Assembly (NCBI GenBank): GCA_043826435.1
Contig: JBDRQF010000034.1
Location: forward strand, 1-25,502
DNA from: Elusimicrobiota bacterium
GTDB lineage: Bacteria; Elusimicrobiota; Endomicrobiia; CG1-02-37-114; JAHJSO01
Direction: 5' to 3'
DNA length: 25,502 bases
Shown here: positions 14,294-23,685 of the stretch, piece after piece
Layout: each line of letters begins with the position of its first letter
Position numbering within the stretch: position 1 is the stretch's first letter
Translations under genes and position numbers: made by a program
The notes under the pieces: generated by a model
What the model saw: only the letters and a program-made list of their open reading frames with translations
Databases searched by the model: none
What the model was told of the DNA's origin: nothing

Positions 14294-15114
14294 CAAACAA
14301 TCCATATCTGCCGGTAAAATCAAAAATAGAAAAGGTCATTGATGAAACGGCGACAATTAAAACGTTCGTTTTAAGGCCCGAAAAACCGGTGACGTTTGAG
14401 ACAGGGCAGTTTGTCCAGGTTACCGTACCGGGCATAGGCGAGGCGCCATTTACGCCGTCGTCCTCTCCCTACGTTAAAGACACGGTTGAAATAACCGTGA
14501 TGAAAGTCGGCAGGGTCACGGAAAAACTACACCGGTCAAAGGCGGGAGACCCGGTCGGCATCAGAGGCCCTTACGGGAAGGGCTACCCGGTTGATAAGTT
14601 TTTCAACAAGGAAGTGCTGATTGTCGGCGGCGGTGTCGGGATGGCTCCGTTGAGGTCGCTCCTGTTGACGCTCATCAAACAGATAGACAGGTTTAAGAAG
14701 GTAATTCTTTGCTACGGGGTAAAGATGCCCGAGGACGTCGTTTACAAACATCTTTTTCCTGAGTGGGAAAAAATACAGAAACTTGAAATACTCAGGAGCG
14801 TTGACAGGTGTTCCGTTGAGGCGCGCTGGGACGGGACGGTCGGCGTTGTGACCTGCCTGCTGGATAATGTCAAAATTAACGTTCCGGGCTCGGTTGCCAT
14901 CGTGTGCGGGCCTCCGGTAATGATGAAATTCACGACGCTGAAACTGGTTGAGCAGGGGCACAGGCCGGAGAACATTTATCTTTCAATGGAAAGAAACATG
15001 AGCTGCGGGCTCGGCAAATGCGGGCACTGCGGTATAGGGCCTTATTTTGTATGTAAGGACGGGCCTGTATTTACCTACGATCAGTTAAAGAATGAGCCCG
15101 ACCTGTGGGCGTAA
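14290..15114 (+). CDS. AsrB/HydG(gamma)/FlxA-like FAD/NAD(P)-binding 2Fe-2S oxidoreductase
   Basis: GQF, GEAPFTPSS, RGPYGKG, VGGGVGMAPLRS, CGPPVMM, MSCGLGKCGHC...VCKDGPVF. Confidence 0.92.
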   Translation: MTNNPYLPVKSKIEKVIDETATIKTFVLRPEKPVTFETGQFVQVTVPGIGEAPFTPSSSPYVKDTVEITVMKVGRVTEKLHRSKAGDPVGIRGPYGKGYPVDKFFNKEVLIVGGGVGMAPLRSLLLTLIKQIDRFKKVILCYGVKMPEDVVYKHLFPEWEKIQKLEILRSVDRCSVEARWDGTVGVVTCLLDNVKINVPGSVAIVCGPPVMMKFTTLKLVEQGHRPENIYLSMERNMSCGLGKCGHCGIGPYFVCKDGPVFTYDQLKNEPDLWA

Positions 15115-15160
15115 GTTCACGGCCATAGGCCTACGGCCATAGATCTACGAGTATACATTT

Positions 15161-15691
15161 ATGAAGAGAATTTTCCTGGACATAGAGAAGTGCTATAAAT
15201 GCAAAAGGTGCGTTGCAAAGTGCAGTTATCCAGGCCACAGCAGCAACATTATGCCCGTTCCCATGGAGAATAAGGGGATAGAGAAACTGCTTGCAAAAGC
15301 GGCGCAGTATGTTATATGTCGCCGGTGCGAGAAACCGTTTTGCATTGAAGCGTGCCCGGTTGAAGCCCTTGAAAAGAATGCGCAGGGTATCCTGCAGAGG
15401 TATTCAATGAGGTGCATATCATGCAAGAACTGCAGCGTGGCGTGCCCGTTCGGGGTAATCTATCCGGAGATTCTTCCTTATAAAACATCCCAGTGCGATT
15501 ACTGCGCAGGCAGGGCAGACAACAAACCGCCGCTATGTGTTGAGACCTGCACTGAGGGGGCAATTAAATACGTTGACCTTGAGGAATCAAAAGAAAAAAA
15601 TATATATTTTATAGGGAAAAACCTGGCTGTTCACGGCATTCCGTGGAACCCTGAAGCGAAAGTAGGTGAACCTACAGGTGAACCCCGATGA
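15161..15691 (+). CDS. Multi-[4Fe-4S] electron-transfer subunit (HydN/HycB/CooF-like)
   Basis: CYKCKRCVAKC, CRRCEKPFCIEACP, CISCKNCSVACP, CDYC...PLCVETC. Confidence 0.88.
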   Translation: MKRIFLDIEKCYKCKRCVAKCSYPGHSSNIMPVPMENKGIEKLLAKAAQYVICRRCEKPFCIEACPVEALEKNAQGILQRYSMRCISCKNCSVACPFGVIYPEILPYKTSQCDYCAGRADNKPPLCVETCTEGAIKYVDLEESKEKNIYFIGKNLAVHGIPWNPEAKVGEPTGEPR

Positions 15692-16602
15692 ACCAAATGA
15701 TTGATTTTCTTATTTTCCCCGGTTTACTCTTTACCGCCGTCTGCGGGATGCTCGCTAGTTTTGTTGACAGAAAGGTAACTGCCCGCGTCCAGTGGCGGAA
15801 AGGGCCGCCTCTTTTCCAGCCCGTATATGATTTTGTGAAACTCATGGGCAAGGAAATGGTCGTCCCGTCCGGTGCCCACCTGTTGACGTTTCTTGCAGCC
15901 CCGCTTTTCGGTCTTTCTGCAATTGTGTCGGTTTCCATTATCGTGTGGAACGCTCTTTCCGGCGGTTCCGCGGGTTTTTCCGGGGATTTAATCGTTGTCG
16001 TTTATCTTCTTGCGATACCCTCTATTGCCGTTATAATGGGAGGTTTTGCGTCCAACAATCCCATAGCATCGTTAGGCGCCAGCAGGGAAATGAAACTCAT
16101 GCTCGCTTACGAACTGCCGTTTATACTTGCCGTAATGGTAACGGTTATAAAGACGGGCAGTATAAATATGACGCACGTCGTCCGTGCCCAGGCCGGCGCA
16201 GGGGCGTCGGCGGTAGCCGGCTCACCCTCAGGTATAATCGCCCTTGCGGTGGCAGTTTTCTGTATTCAGGCGAAATTAGGGCTTGTCCCGTTTGACATAC
16301 CCGAAGCGGAGCAGGAAATAATCGCGGGGCCCCTTATAGAATATTCCGGCCCGGCGCTGGGTGTCATAAAACTCACCCGGTGGATGATGCTTTTTGTCGT
16401 CCCGTCTTTTGCAGTGGCGGTGTTTTTCCCGTCGTCAACGTTTGCCGGAAATATTTTGAGATATGTTTTGCTGCTGGTGGTGGCTATTCTGTTGCGGAAT
16501 ACAAACCCGCGGGTAAGGATAGACCAGGCGATAAAATTTTTCTGGTTTTATACGGGGCCGGTATCGTTGCTGGCGGTCGGGCTCGCTCTCGCAGGGAAAT
16601 AA
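15688..16602 (+). CDS. NuoH/HycD/MbhM-like membrane anchor subunit
   Basis: DRKVTARVQWRKGP, LGASRE, PFDIPEAEQE, EYSG, PRVRIDQ. Confidence 0.93.
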   Translation: MNQMIDFLIFPGLLFTAVCGMLASFVDRKVTARVQWRKGPPLFQPVYDFVKLMGKEMVVPSGAHLLTFLAAPLFGLSAIVSVSIIVWNALSGGSAGFSGDLIVVVYLLAIPSIAVIMGGFASNNPIASLGASREMKLMLAYELPFILAVMVTVIKTGSINMTHVVRAQAGAGASAVAGSPSGIIALAVAVFCIQAKLGLVPFDIPEAEQEIIAGPLIEYSGPALGVIKLTRWMMLFVVPSFAVAVFFPSSTFAGNILRYVLLLVVAILLRNTNPRVRIDQAIKFFWFYTGPVSLLAVGLALAGK

Positions 16603-16609
16603 TACAGGA

Positions 16610-16740
16610 GTCATTGCGAGGCGAAGCCGAAGCAATCTCATAAGACAAGGGGATTGCTTCGGGACTTTGTCCCTCGCAATGACAATTCGTAACGGAGACT
16701 GCTGTCATTGCGAGAAGCGTTAGCGACGAAGCAATCTCAT
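16610..16740. repeat. Palindromic REP-like repeat copy 4 (16610-16684, inverted relative to copies 1 and 2) plus half copy 5 (16703-16740)
   Basis: GTCATTGCGAGGCGAAGCCGAAGCAATC-TCATAAGACAAGGG-GATTGCTTCGGGACTTTGTCCCTCGCAATGACA, then TGTCATTGCGAGAAGCGTTAGCGACGAAGCAATCTCAT. Confidence 0.92.
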
Positions 16741-16777
16741 CGCCCAGTAAAACAGATGAAGTAATTGAGTAAAGGAT

Positions 16778-17203
16778 ATGAGCATAACGCTTAATGCACT
16801 TACAAAATCAATATGGGTTTTCCATGCGGCGTGCAGCCCATGTAATAACTGTGACATAGAAATACTGGATGCCCTCACGCCCCGGTTTGATTTAGAGCGT
16901 TTCGGGATTGTGCTGGTGGGCAGTATAAGGCATGCCGACGCAATGCTGGTTACGGGTGTGCCGAACATGAAGACGGCACCGAGGATAAAATATATATACG
17001 ACCAGATGCCCAAACCCGGGGTCGTTATTGCTGTTGGAACCTGTCCCTGTGGCGGGAATATGTTTAGACATTCATACAACTTTGTAAAACCGCTGGATGA
17101 GATTATCCCTGTTAACGCATACGTCCCCGGATGCCCGCCCAAGCCGGAAGCACTGATTATGGGCGTCGTTAAACTCATAAAAGCATTGAAAGGTGAAAAA
17201 TGA
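16778..17203 (+). CDS. Group 4 hydrogenase small subunit (NuoB/MbhJ-like)
   Basis: CNNCDIE, DLERFG, RHAD, GTCPCGG, YVPGCPPKPE. Confidence 0.93.
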   Translation: MSITLNALTKSIWVFHAACSPCNNCDIEILDALTPRFDLERFGIVLVGSIRHADAMLVTGVPNMKTAPRIKYIYDQMPKPGVVIAVGTCPCGGNMFRHSYNFVKPLDEIIPVNAYVPGCPPKPEALIMGVVKLIKALKGEK

Positions 17204-17652
17204 AGGACAAAGAAATAAAAATGAATATCATTGAAACCATAAAAGAAAAATTAGGCGACAGGATAATCATATTTTTTGAGAAAAACCCGCAGAGATATTA
17301 TATTGACATTTCTACGGGGAGCATTCTGGAATCTGCAAAAATAATGTTTAATGATATGGGATGCAGGTTCGCCATTGCAAGCGGGGTTGACACTAAAGAA
17401 GGGATAGAGATTCTGTATCATTTTTCGCACGATAAAACAGGGAAGATGATTACCCTGCGGGTGCTTCTGAAGAACAAAGAAAAGCCGGAGATTGAATCAA
17501 TCAGCCGGATAATTAAAGGGGCGGAATGGATTGAGCGTGAAATATGGGAGATGTTAGGGGTTAATTTCAGGAATCACCCCGGGCTGAAACGTCTCCTGCT
17601 GGCACCCGACTGGCCCGAAGGCAAATATCCTCTACGGAGAAACACAGAATGA
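17200..17652 (+). CDS. NuoC/MbhK-like subunit
   Basis: EILYHF, AEWIEREIWEMLGV.F..HP, WPEGKYPLRR. Alternative start at 17221. Confidence 0.92.
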   Translation: MKDKEIKMNIIETIKEKLGDRIIIFFEKNPQRYYIDISTGSILESAKIMFNDMGCRFAIASGVDTKEGIEILYHFSHDKTGKMITLRVLLKNKEKPEIESISRIIKGAEWIEREIWEMLGVNFRNHPGLKRLLLAPDWPEGKYPLRRNTE

Positions 17653-18863
17653 CAGACAAAAAGAAAACGGTTATACCGATAGGGCCGTATCACCCCCTGC
17701 AGGAAGAGCCGGAATTTTTCAAACTATACGTTGACGGAGAAAAGGTCACCGGGCTTGACATAGAAATCGGCTATAACCACAGGGGCATAGAAAAACTTTC
17801 GGAGAGCAAACACTTTGACCAGGTGGCTTTCCTCGTTGAGAGGATTTGCGGTATTTGTTCCACAAGCCACCCGTTCGCCTATGTCCAGGCGGTTGAGGAC
17901 ATTGCTGGTTTTGAAATTCCCGTCAGGGCTAAGTATGTCCGTTCAATTATAGGCGAACTTGAGCGCATCCATTCACACCTTCTGTGGCTGGGGCTTGCGG
18001 GACACTTCCTCGGCTACAACACCGTCTGGATGTGGGCGTGGAAATACCGCGAACCGGTTCTTGATATTTGCGAGTTTATCACGGGTAACCGCAACCACTA
18101 TGCGATGTTTAAGGTCGGCGGCGTCCGTCTGGACATTGAGAATAATGATATACCGCGGATAACGAAAATGTGCGACGACCTGATTCCTGCCGTGGACATG
18201 TTTAAGGGGGCGGTTATGGACGACCCTGTCCTGCATGTCCGGACAAAAGGGGTGGGCGTTCTTACGAAGCAGGAAGCGATTGATTACTGCGTGCTCGGCC
18301 CGACCGCAAGGGCAAGCGGGATTGACATAGACGTCCGTCGGGACGACCCTTATGCCGCCTACAACCTCGTTGACTGGAAAGTAATAGTAACGCAGAACGG
18401 GGACGTGTTTGACAAAGCGGCAATCCGCATTCTGGAAATGTATGAGTCAATAAAAATAATAAAGGGCTGTCTGGCGGGTCTTAAGAAAGAACCGCAGGGC
18501 GATATAGACATTAAGGTAAAATCAATACCGCCGGGCGAAGGGATTGGTCATCATGAGGCGCCCCGCGGGGAGGTGTTTCACTATGTCCGCTCCGACGGAA
18601 CGAACAGACCCATCAGGCACAAAATCCGCGCCCCGTCGTATATGAACGTCCCCTCAAACGAAGTGGCGGCTATTAGGGGGACAATCTCCGACGCAGCAAT
18701 AACGCTTGCCGCGGTTGACCCGTGTTATTGTTGCACTGAGAGGTGCGCTGTAATTGACACAAAAACAAACAAAAGAATTTTAACCGGCGATGATTTAATA
18801 AAAATTTCACAGGAAAAAACGGCTAACATACAGCGGTCTACAGAAAAGACAAAAGGATATTAA
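17649..18863 (+). CDS. Group 4 [NiFe] hydrogenase large subunit (NuoD/MbhL-like)
   Basis: GPYHPLQEEP, HRGIEK, L1 ERICGICS, EAPRGE, L2 DPCYCCTER followed by a cleavable-type C-terminal tail. All four Ni-ligating Cys are present. Confidence 0.93.
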   Translation: MTDKKKTVIPIGPYHPLQEEPEFFKLYVDGEKVTGLDIEIGYNHRGIEKLSESKHFDQVAFLVERICGICSTSHPFAYVQAVEDIAGFEIPVRAKYVRSIIGELERIHSHLLWLGLAGHFLGYNTVWMWAWKYREPVLDICEFITGNRNHYAMFKVGGVRLDIENNDIPRITKMCDDLIPAVDMFKGAVMDDPVLHVRTKGVGVLTKQEAIDYCVLGPTARASGIDIDVRRDDPYAAYNLVDWKVIVTQNGDVFDKAAIRILEMYESIKIIKGCLAGLKKEPQGDIDIKVKSIPPGEGIGHHEAPRGEVFHYVRSDGTNRPIRHKIRAPSYMNVPSNEVAAIRGTISDAAITLAAVDPCYCCTERCAVIDTKTNKRILTGDDLIKISQEKTANIQRSTEKTKGY

Positions 18864-18866
18864 AAA

Positions 18867-20759
18867 ATGATAGACCAGTTATATCTCCTGATATTAGTAC
18901 CTTTTATAGTAGGAATTACATTGCTCCTCCATCCCCGGCAAAAAGGACAGGAGCAGCAGCAAAAAGGACAGGGGAGTTTGTTTGCAAAAATAATTTCCAT
19001 TGCGGCGACCGCTGTAACCTTTTATTTGTCCTGCCTTATTTTCATCGGCGGGCAGAACGTTTCAAACGACATCTTTTTGATTGACGCGGTCAACAGGTTT
19101 ATTGTCCCTGCCATCGGTCTGTTCGGCCTTTTGACTGTACTGTATTCATTCAGGGATAATTTTGAATCCAGGTATTTCGGGTATATACTGATAACATTGT
19201 CCGCCTCGCTTGCCGCAGTAGTGAGCAACAACATTGTTTTACTCGTAGTTTTCTGGGGTTTTCTCGGTCTAACTTTATACCTTTTGATAGGGCTTTCAGG
19301 GGAGAAAGCCACCACCGCCGCCAAGAAAACCTTCATAATAGTAGGCGGTTCGGACGCAGTTATGTTGATTGGCATTGCAATATTGTGGTTCATTTCAGTT
19401 GAAGGTTCGGGCGCGGGGCTTACCCTGAATTCAATCAAGGCGTTCCGGATAACCCAAATTAACGTCCCGTTAGGTTTATGGCAGCCGGGCAGCCGGCTTG
19501 CAATTGTTGCTTTCCTGTGCCTGGCGGTTGCCTCTTTCGCAAAGGCGGGGGCGATGCCCTTTCATACGTGGATACCCGACATGGCTGAAGTTACCCGCGT
19601 GCCCGTGACGGCGTTTCTGCCAGCTTCTCTGGATAAACTCCTCGGCATTTATTTATTGGCACGCTTGTGTCTTAATGTATTCAAACTAAACCAGTCAATG
19701 ATGATTTTATTGATGTTAGTCGGCGCAATTACCATTATTGCCGCTGTCTTTATGGCGATGGTCCAGCACGATTTGAAAAAACTCCTCTCCTACCATGCGG
19801 TTTCACAGGTTGGCTATATGGTTTTAGGAATAGGCACAGGTGTTCCCGTTGGCATAGCGGGAGGTTTATTCCACATGCTCAATAATGCAATTTATAAGTC
19901 CTGCCTGTTCCTGTGTGGCGGTTCGGTTGAAGATAAAACGGGCACTTCCGACCTGGATAAGTTAGGAGGGCTTGCGAAATTAATGCCTTTGACATTTGTA
20001 GCGGCACTTATTGCATCACTTTCAATTTCAGGTGTGCCGCCTTTCAATGGTTTTGTTTCCAAATGGATGATTTATCAGGGGATAATTGCAGGGTTTCCGT
20101 CGGGTGGGATATTGCAGGTAATATTTCTCGCTGCTGCGATGTTTGGTTCCGCCCTCACACTGGCAAGTTTTATGAAGGTGATGCATGCCGTTTTCCTGGG
20201 GCAGGGAGGAAAGCGGGGCACTCCCGGGACCGCAGGTGCCGGCGGGGCTGTATCCGGGGAAACCCACTGGACAAAATGGCTTCCACAAATTATTTTGGCA
20301 GTCCTCTGTGTGGTTTTTGGTGTGTTTGCATTTCAATTCCCGCTTAAATATTTTATTTTACCGGCAGTCCCGGGTGTGCAGTTTTCAGGGGTGTGGCAGC
20401 CGGGCATTGCCACGACACTTATGGTTATAGGAATTGTCCTTGGTTTTGTTATATATCTGATTAGCCGGCTAGCGGGTTCAAAATTAAGACAGGGGAGTGT
20501 GTTTATCGGTGGAGAATCACTTCCTGAGGATGTCCGCGTGACCGGGGTTGATTTTTATCAGACAATAAGGGATATTCCATTTTTTAAGGTTATGTATTAT
20601 CTTGCCGAAAGGAAAACATTTGATATCTATAACTGGGGAAAAAACATTGTTCTGTCCTTTGCAGGAATTTTATCTTTTCTTCACACAGGTAATCTGCACA
20701 CTTATATAACATGGTGTATTGTGGGGGTTGTAATTCTGTTGTTTGTAATTGCAAGATGA
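18867..20759 (+). CDS. Large antiporter-like subunit (NuoL/MrpA/HyfB-like)
   Basis: KAGAMPFHTWIPD, DLKKLLSYHAVSQVGY, FHMLNNAIYK, GVPPFNGFVSKW, long C-terminal lateral-helix region ending HTGNLHTY. Confidence 0.92.
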   Translation: MIDQLYLLILVPFIVGITLLLHPRQKGQEQQQKGQGSLFAKIISIAATAVTFYLSCLIFIGGQNVSNDIFLIDAVNRFIVPAIGLFGLLTVLYSFRDNFESRYFGYILITLSASLAAVVSNNIVLLVVFWGFLGLTLYLLIGLSGEKATTAAKKTFIIVGGSDAVMLIGIAILWFISVEGSGAGLTLNSIKAFRITQINVPLGLWQPGSRLAIVAFLCLAVASFAKAGAMPFHTWIPDMAEVTRVPVTAFLPASLDKLLGIYLLARLCLNVFKLNQSMMILLMLVGAITIIAAVFMAMVQHDLKKLLSYHAVSQVGYMVLGIGTGVPVGIAGGLFHMLNNAIYKSCLFLCGGSVEDKTGTSDLDKLGGLAKLMPLTFVAALIASLSISGVPPFNGFVSKWMIYQGIIAGFPSGGILQVIFLAAAMFGSALTLASFMKVMHAVFLGQGGKRGTPGTAGAGGAVSGETHWTKWLPQIILAVLCVVFGVFAFQFPLKYFILPAVPGVQFSGVWQPGIATTLMVIGIVLGFVIYLISRLAGSKLRQGSVFIGGESLPEDVRVTGVDFYQTIRDIPFFKVMYYLAERKTFDIYNWGKNIVLSFAGILSFLHTGNLHTYITWCIVGVVILLFVIAR

Positions 20760-20802
20760 GGGGTAGAAAACTTTGGGGCACGGGTTTAATTTAGGGTAAT
20801 TT

Positions 20803-21327
20803 ATGTTACAAATTCAAATTTTAATTGTTTTTATGATAATTGCTGCTGTAATTGCAGTTGAGTCAGTTGACCTCCTCGGTGCAGTTGTGTCAGTGGGTGC
20901 AGTCGGACTGGGGCTGTCAATCGCCTTTTTGTTTTTACAGGCGCCTGATTTAGCGATTGTCCAACTTGTTGTTGAGATTTTGTCTTTGATAATTTTAATC
21001 AGGGCGGTTGGAATAAAAAATGGCGCATCCGCTGTTCAGGAAAGAAGGTTTATCGGAACTTCAGCAGTAGTTATCTGCCTGGGAATTTTTTTGATTTTTG
21101 CATATAAAGCCCTTCTTGAGATTCCAAGGTTTGGAAGCCCCATCATTGGTGTTGCGGGCAGGTATCTTATGCAATCCCTGAAGGAGACAGGGGCAGCGAA
21201 TGTAGTAACGAGTATTATCCTGGACTATCGTGCACTGGATACCCTGGGTGAGGCGACAGTTCTTTTTACAGCAGTGATAGGGGTTCTGGCGGTTGTAAGG
21301 AAAATAGGTCGCAAGAGCAAGGAATAA
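20803..21327 (+). CDS. MbhD/MbhE-like fusion (MrpA C-terminal DUF4040 plus MrpB N-terminal part)
   Basis: LQAPDLAIVQ..VE and TGAANVVTSIILDYRALDTLGEA. Confidence 0.9.
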   Translation: MLQIQILIVFMIIAAVIAVESVDLLGAVVSVGAVGLGLSIAFLFLQAPDLAIVQLVVEILSLIILIRAVGIKNGASAVQERRFIGTSAVVICLGIFLIFAYKALLEIPRFGSPIIGVAGRYLMQSLKETGAANVVTSIILDYRALDTLGEATVLFTAVIGVLAVVRKIGRKSKE

Positions 21328-21336
21328 AGAAAAAAA

Positions 21337-21837
21337 ATGGTTAAAATACCCGAGCATGGAATGACACTTATTGTAAAGACAATCACAAGATATACAGTCG
21401 GCTTGATTTTGCTTTTTGGTATTTATATTGTTCTGCATGGTCACCTGACCCCGGGTGGTGGTTTTGCCGGTGGAGTGATAGTCGCTCTTTCTTTTGTACA
21501 TTTAATGCTTGCCTTTGGCAGAGAAACAGCGATTAAAAAAATGTCTGAGAAAGCCGCTAAAATTCTGGAAGGGCTGGGGGCAATTATGTTTTTATTGATT
21601 GCTTTTATGGGACTTACTACCGGTTATTTCTTTTACAATTTCTTTCGTCGGGTGGACACTACAGAGACACTTGTTGAGTACATAGGCAGACCATTTGCAC
21701 TTTTCAGCGCCGGGATAATCCCGCTGTGTAATATCGCGATATGTCTGAAAGTCGGAGCAGGTCTTTTTGCGATTTTTGTTGCACTAACATTTTTGAAAAT
21801 GAATGGGGACGCCGCTGGCGACGGTGAGAAAAAATGA
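21337..21837 (+). CDS. MrpB/MbhF-like subunit
   Basis: HGHLTPGGGFAGG, NIAICLKVG. Confidence 0.92.
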   Translation: MVKIPEHGMTLIVKTITRYTVGLILLFGIYIVLHGHLTPGGGFAGGVIVALSFVHLMLAFGRETAIKKMSEKAAKILEGLGAIMFLLIAFMGLTTGYFFYNFFRRVDTTETLVEYIGRPFALFSAGIIPLCNIAICLKVGAGLFAIFVALTFLKMNGDAAGDGEKK

Positions 21838-22175
21838 CAGAATATATTCTTTGTCTTATACTTTTTTGTGTCGGGTTATACGCAATTATGATCAAAAGAA
21901 ATCTTATTAAAATTATTATCGGACTGTGCATAATGGAATATTCCGTGAATTTGTTTTTTACACTGATTGGCTACAAGCACGGGGGAATAGTACCGATATT
22001 TTCGTCTCTGGACGAGACGCCCGCCCGGATGGTTGACCCGATTCCGCAGGCGCTTATACTTACCGCGATTGTAATTGGTCTTGCAGTGACCTGTCTGATA
22101 GTTGCCATTGCATTGAAAATATACGAGAAATATAAAACTTATGATATAAGGGAAATAACCCGACTTAAAGGATAA
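21834..22175 (+). CDS. MrpC/MbhG-like subunit
   Basis: NLIKIIIGL, DPIPQALILTAIVIG. Confidence 0.93.
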   Translation: MTEYILCLILFCVGLYAIMIKRNLIKIIIGLCIMEYSVNLFFTLIGYKHGGIVPIFSSLDETPARMVDPIPQALILTAIVIGLAVTCLIVAIALKIYEKYKTYDIREITRLKG

Positions 22176-22179
22176 ATAA

Positions 22180-23685
22180 ATGTTCTGCGCTAAAGAAAGT
22201 TGTAGTATTCTGCCACTTTTTGTTGCGGTGCCGCTTGCCGGGGCGTTTTTAAGTTCTCTACTTGGAAAAACATCCAGCAAAATAAGTGATTTTCTTGGAA
22301 GTTTAGTCCCCGCTATACTTGTCCTTTTGTCATTTTCATTCATCGGGCTAAAAGAAGTTCTGGTCTATAAGATGGGTGGATGGATACCACCATTTGGTAT
22401 TGTATTTGTTGTTGATGGTTTGACTGTCCTTATGCTTGTTACTGTAAATGTTGTTGCTTTAATGTCTACAATTTTTTCCATTTCATATATGGAAAAATAT
22501 ACGGATAAATGGAAATACTACACACTTTTTCTTTTGATGTTGACGGGAATGAACGGGGCTGTGATTACCGGCGATATGTTTAATCTTTTTGTCTGGCTTG
22601 AGATTGGTGCAATTTCATCTTATGCGCTTGTTGCATTTGGTACCGAGGGAGAAGAACTGGAGGCGTCTTTTAAATACGCTGTTATGAGCAGTGTCGCTTC
22701 CCTGTTTATTTTAGTAGGTATCGGCTTGTTGTATTCTTACACGTCCACACTGAATATGGCAGATATTTCCCGAACGCTTGTCGCTAAACCAAACGCCAAT
22801 TTGATAAACTTTGTTTTTATTCTGTTCTTGCTTGGTTTTGGATTGAAATCAGCGATTGTACCTTTTCACTCCTGGCTGCCGGATGCTCATCCCTCTGCAC
22901 CGGCACCGATTTCGGCAATGTTGTCGGGCGTGTTAATAAAGTCACTTGGTATCTATGCACTTGTACGTATATTCTACAATGTTTTAGGAGTCGCTGGGGG
23001 GGGCAGGGTCTTACTTGTCCTCGGGCTTATTTCTATGGTCCTCGGTGCATTACTTGCTATTTATCAGAAAGACCTTAAACGACTTCTTGCATATTCAACT
23101 ATCAGCCAGGTGGGATATATCGTCTTTGCATTTGGGTTGGGAACACCGTTAGGGATATTTGCGGGGCTGTTTCATTTAATCAATCATGCAGTTGCAAAAG
23201 CACTAATGTTTTTGAACGCCGGCTCAGTTGTTTATGCAACAGACAATGTCCGCGATTTAGACCAATTAGGTGGATTAAGAGAAAAGATGCCTGTCACCGC
23301 TAATACTTCGTTGATTGGCTCTATGTCAATTGCAGGCGTGCCTCCTCTTGGCGGTTTCTGGAGCAAATTAGTTATTATTTTTGCTGCTGTTGAGTCAAAA
23401 CACTGGGCAGGCGCTTTTGTTGCGATTTTAGTAAGTATAGTCACACTGGCATACTATTTGAAATTACAGAAATTGGTATTCTTTGGCAAATTGCCTGTCA
23501 GGTGGGAAAACATTAAGGAGTCGCCTATATTGATGTGCGTTTCAATGATTGTTCTATCCTGCATTTGTATAGCACTGGGACTACTTTTGCTACCACAGTT
23601 AAGGTCGGTTTTTCTTGACCCGGCAGTTGAAGTTCTAAAAAATGGAGTTGGATATAGCAAGGCTGTGTTTGAAAATATTAAATGA
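22180..23685 (+). CDS. MrpD/MbhH-like antiporter subunit
   Basis: GGWIPPFGI, TGDMFNLFVWLEI, KSAIVPFHSWLPDAH, DLKRLLAYS, HAVAKA, PPLGGFWSK. Confidence 0.94.
   Translation: MFCAKESCSILPLFVAVPLAGAFLSSLLGKTSSKISDFLGSLVPAILVLLSFSFIGLKEVLVYKMGGWIPPFGIVFVVDGLTVLMLVTVNVVALMSTIFSISYMEKYTDKWKYYTLFLLMLTGMNGAVITGDMFNLFVWLEIGAISSYALVAFGTEGEELEASFKYAVMSSVASLFILVGIGLLYSYTSTLNMADISRTLVAKPNANLINFVFILFLLGFGLKSAIVPFHSWLPDAHPSAPAPISAMLSGVLIKSLGIYALVRIFYNVLGVAGGGRVLLVLGLISMVLGALLAIYQKDLKRLLAYSTISQVGYIVFAFGLGTPLGIFAGLFHLINHAVAKALMFLNAGSVVYATDNVRDLDQLGGLREKMPVTANTSLIGSMSIAGVPPLGGFWSKLVIIFAAVESKHWAGAFVAILVSIVTLAYYLKLQKLVFFGKLPVRWENIKESPILMCVSMIVLSCICIALGLLLLPQLRSVFLDPAVEVLKNGVGYSKAVFENIK

Noticed and set aside
13295..15114. 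Annotation as anaerobic sulfite reductase AsrAB or complex I (nuo)
   Set aside because: No siroheme AsrC in the window, and the NuoD-like subunit keeps both Ni-binding CxxC motifs.
20760..20797. Four G-runs in an intergenic gap (G-quadruplex candidate)
   Set aside because: Loops of 11, 3 and 9 nt are long, and some G-runs may be SD-like. No further support.
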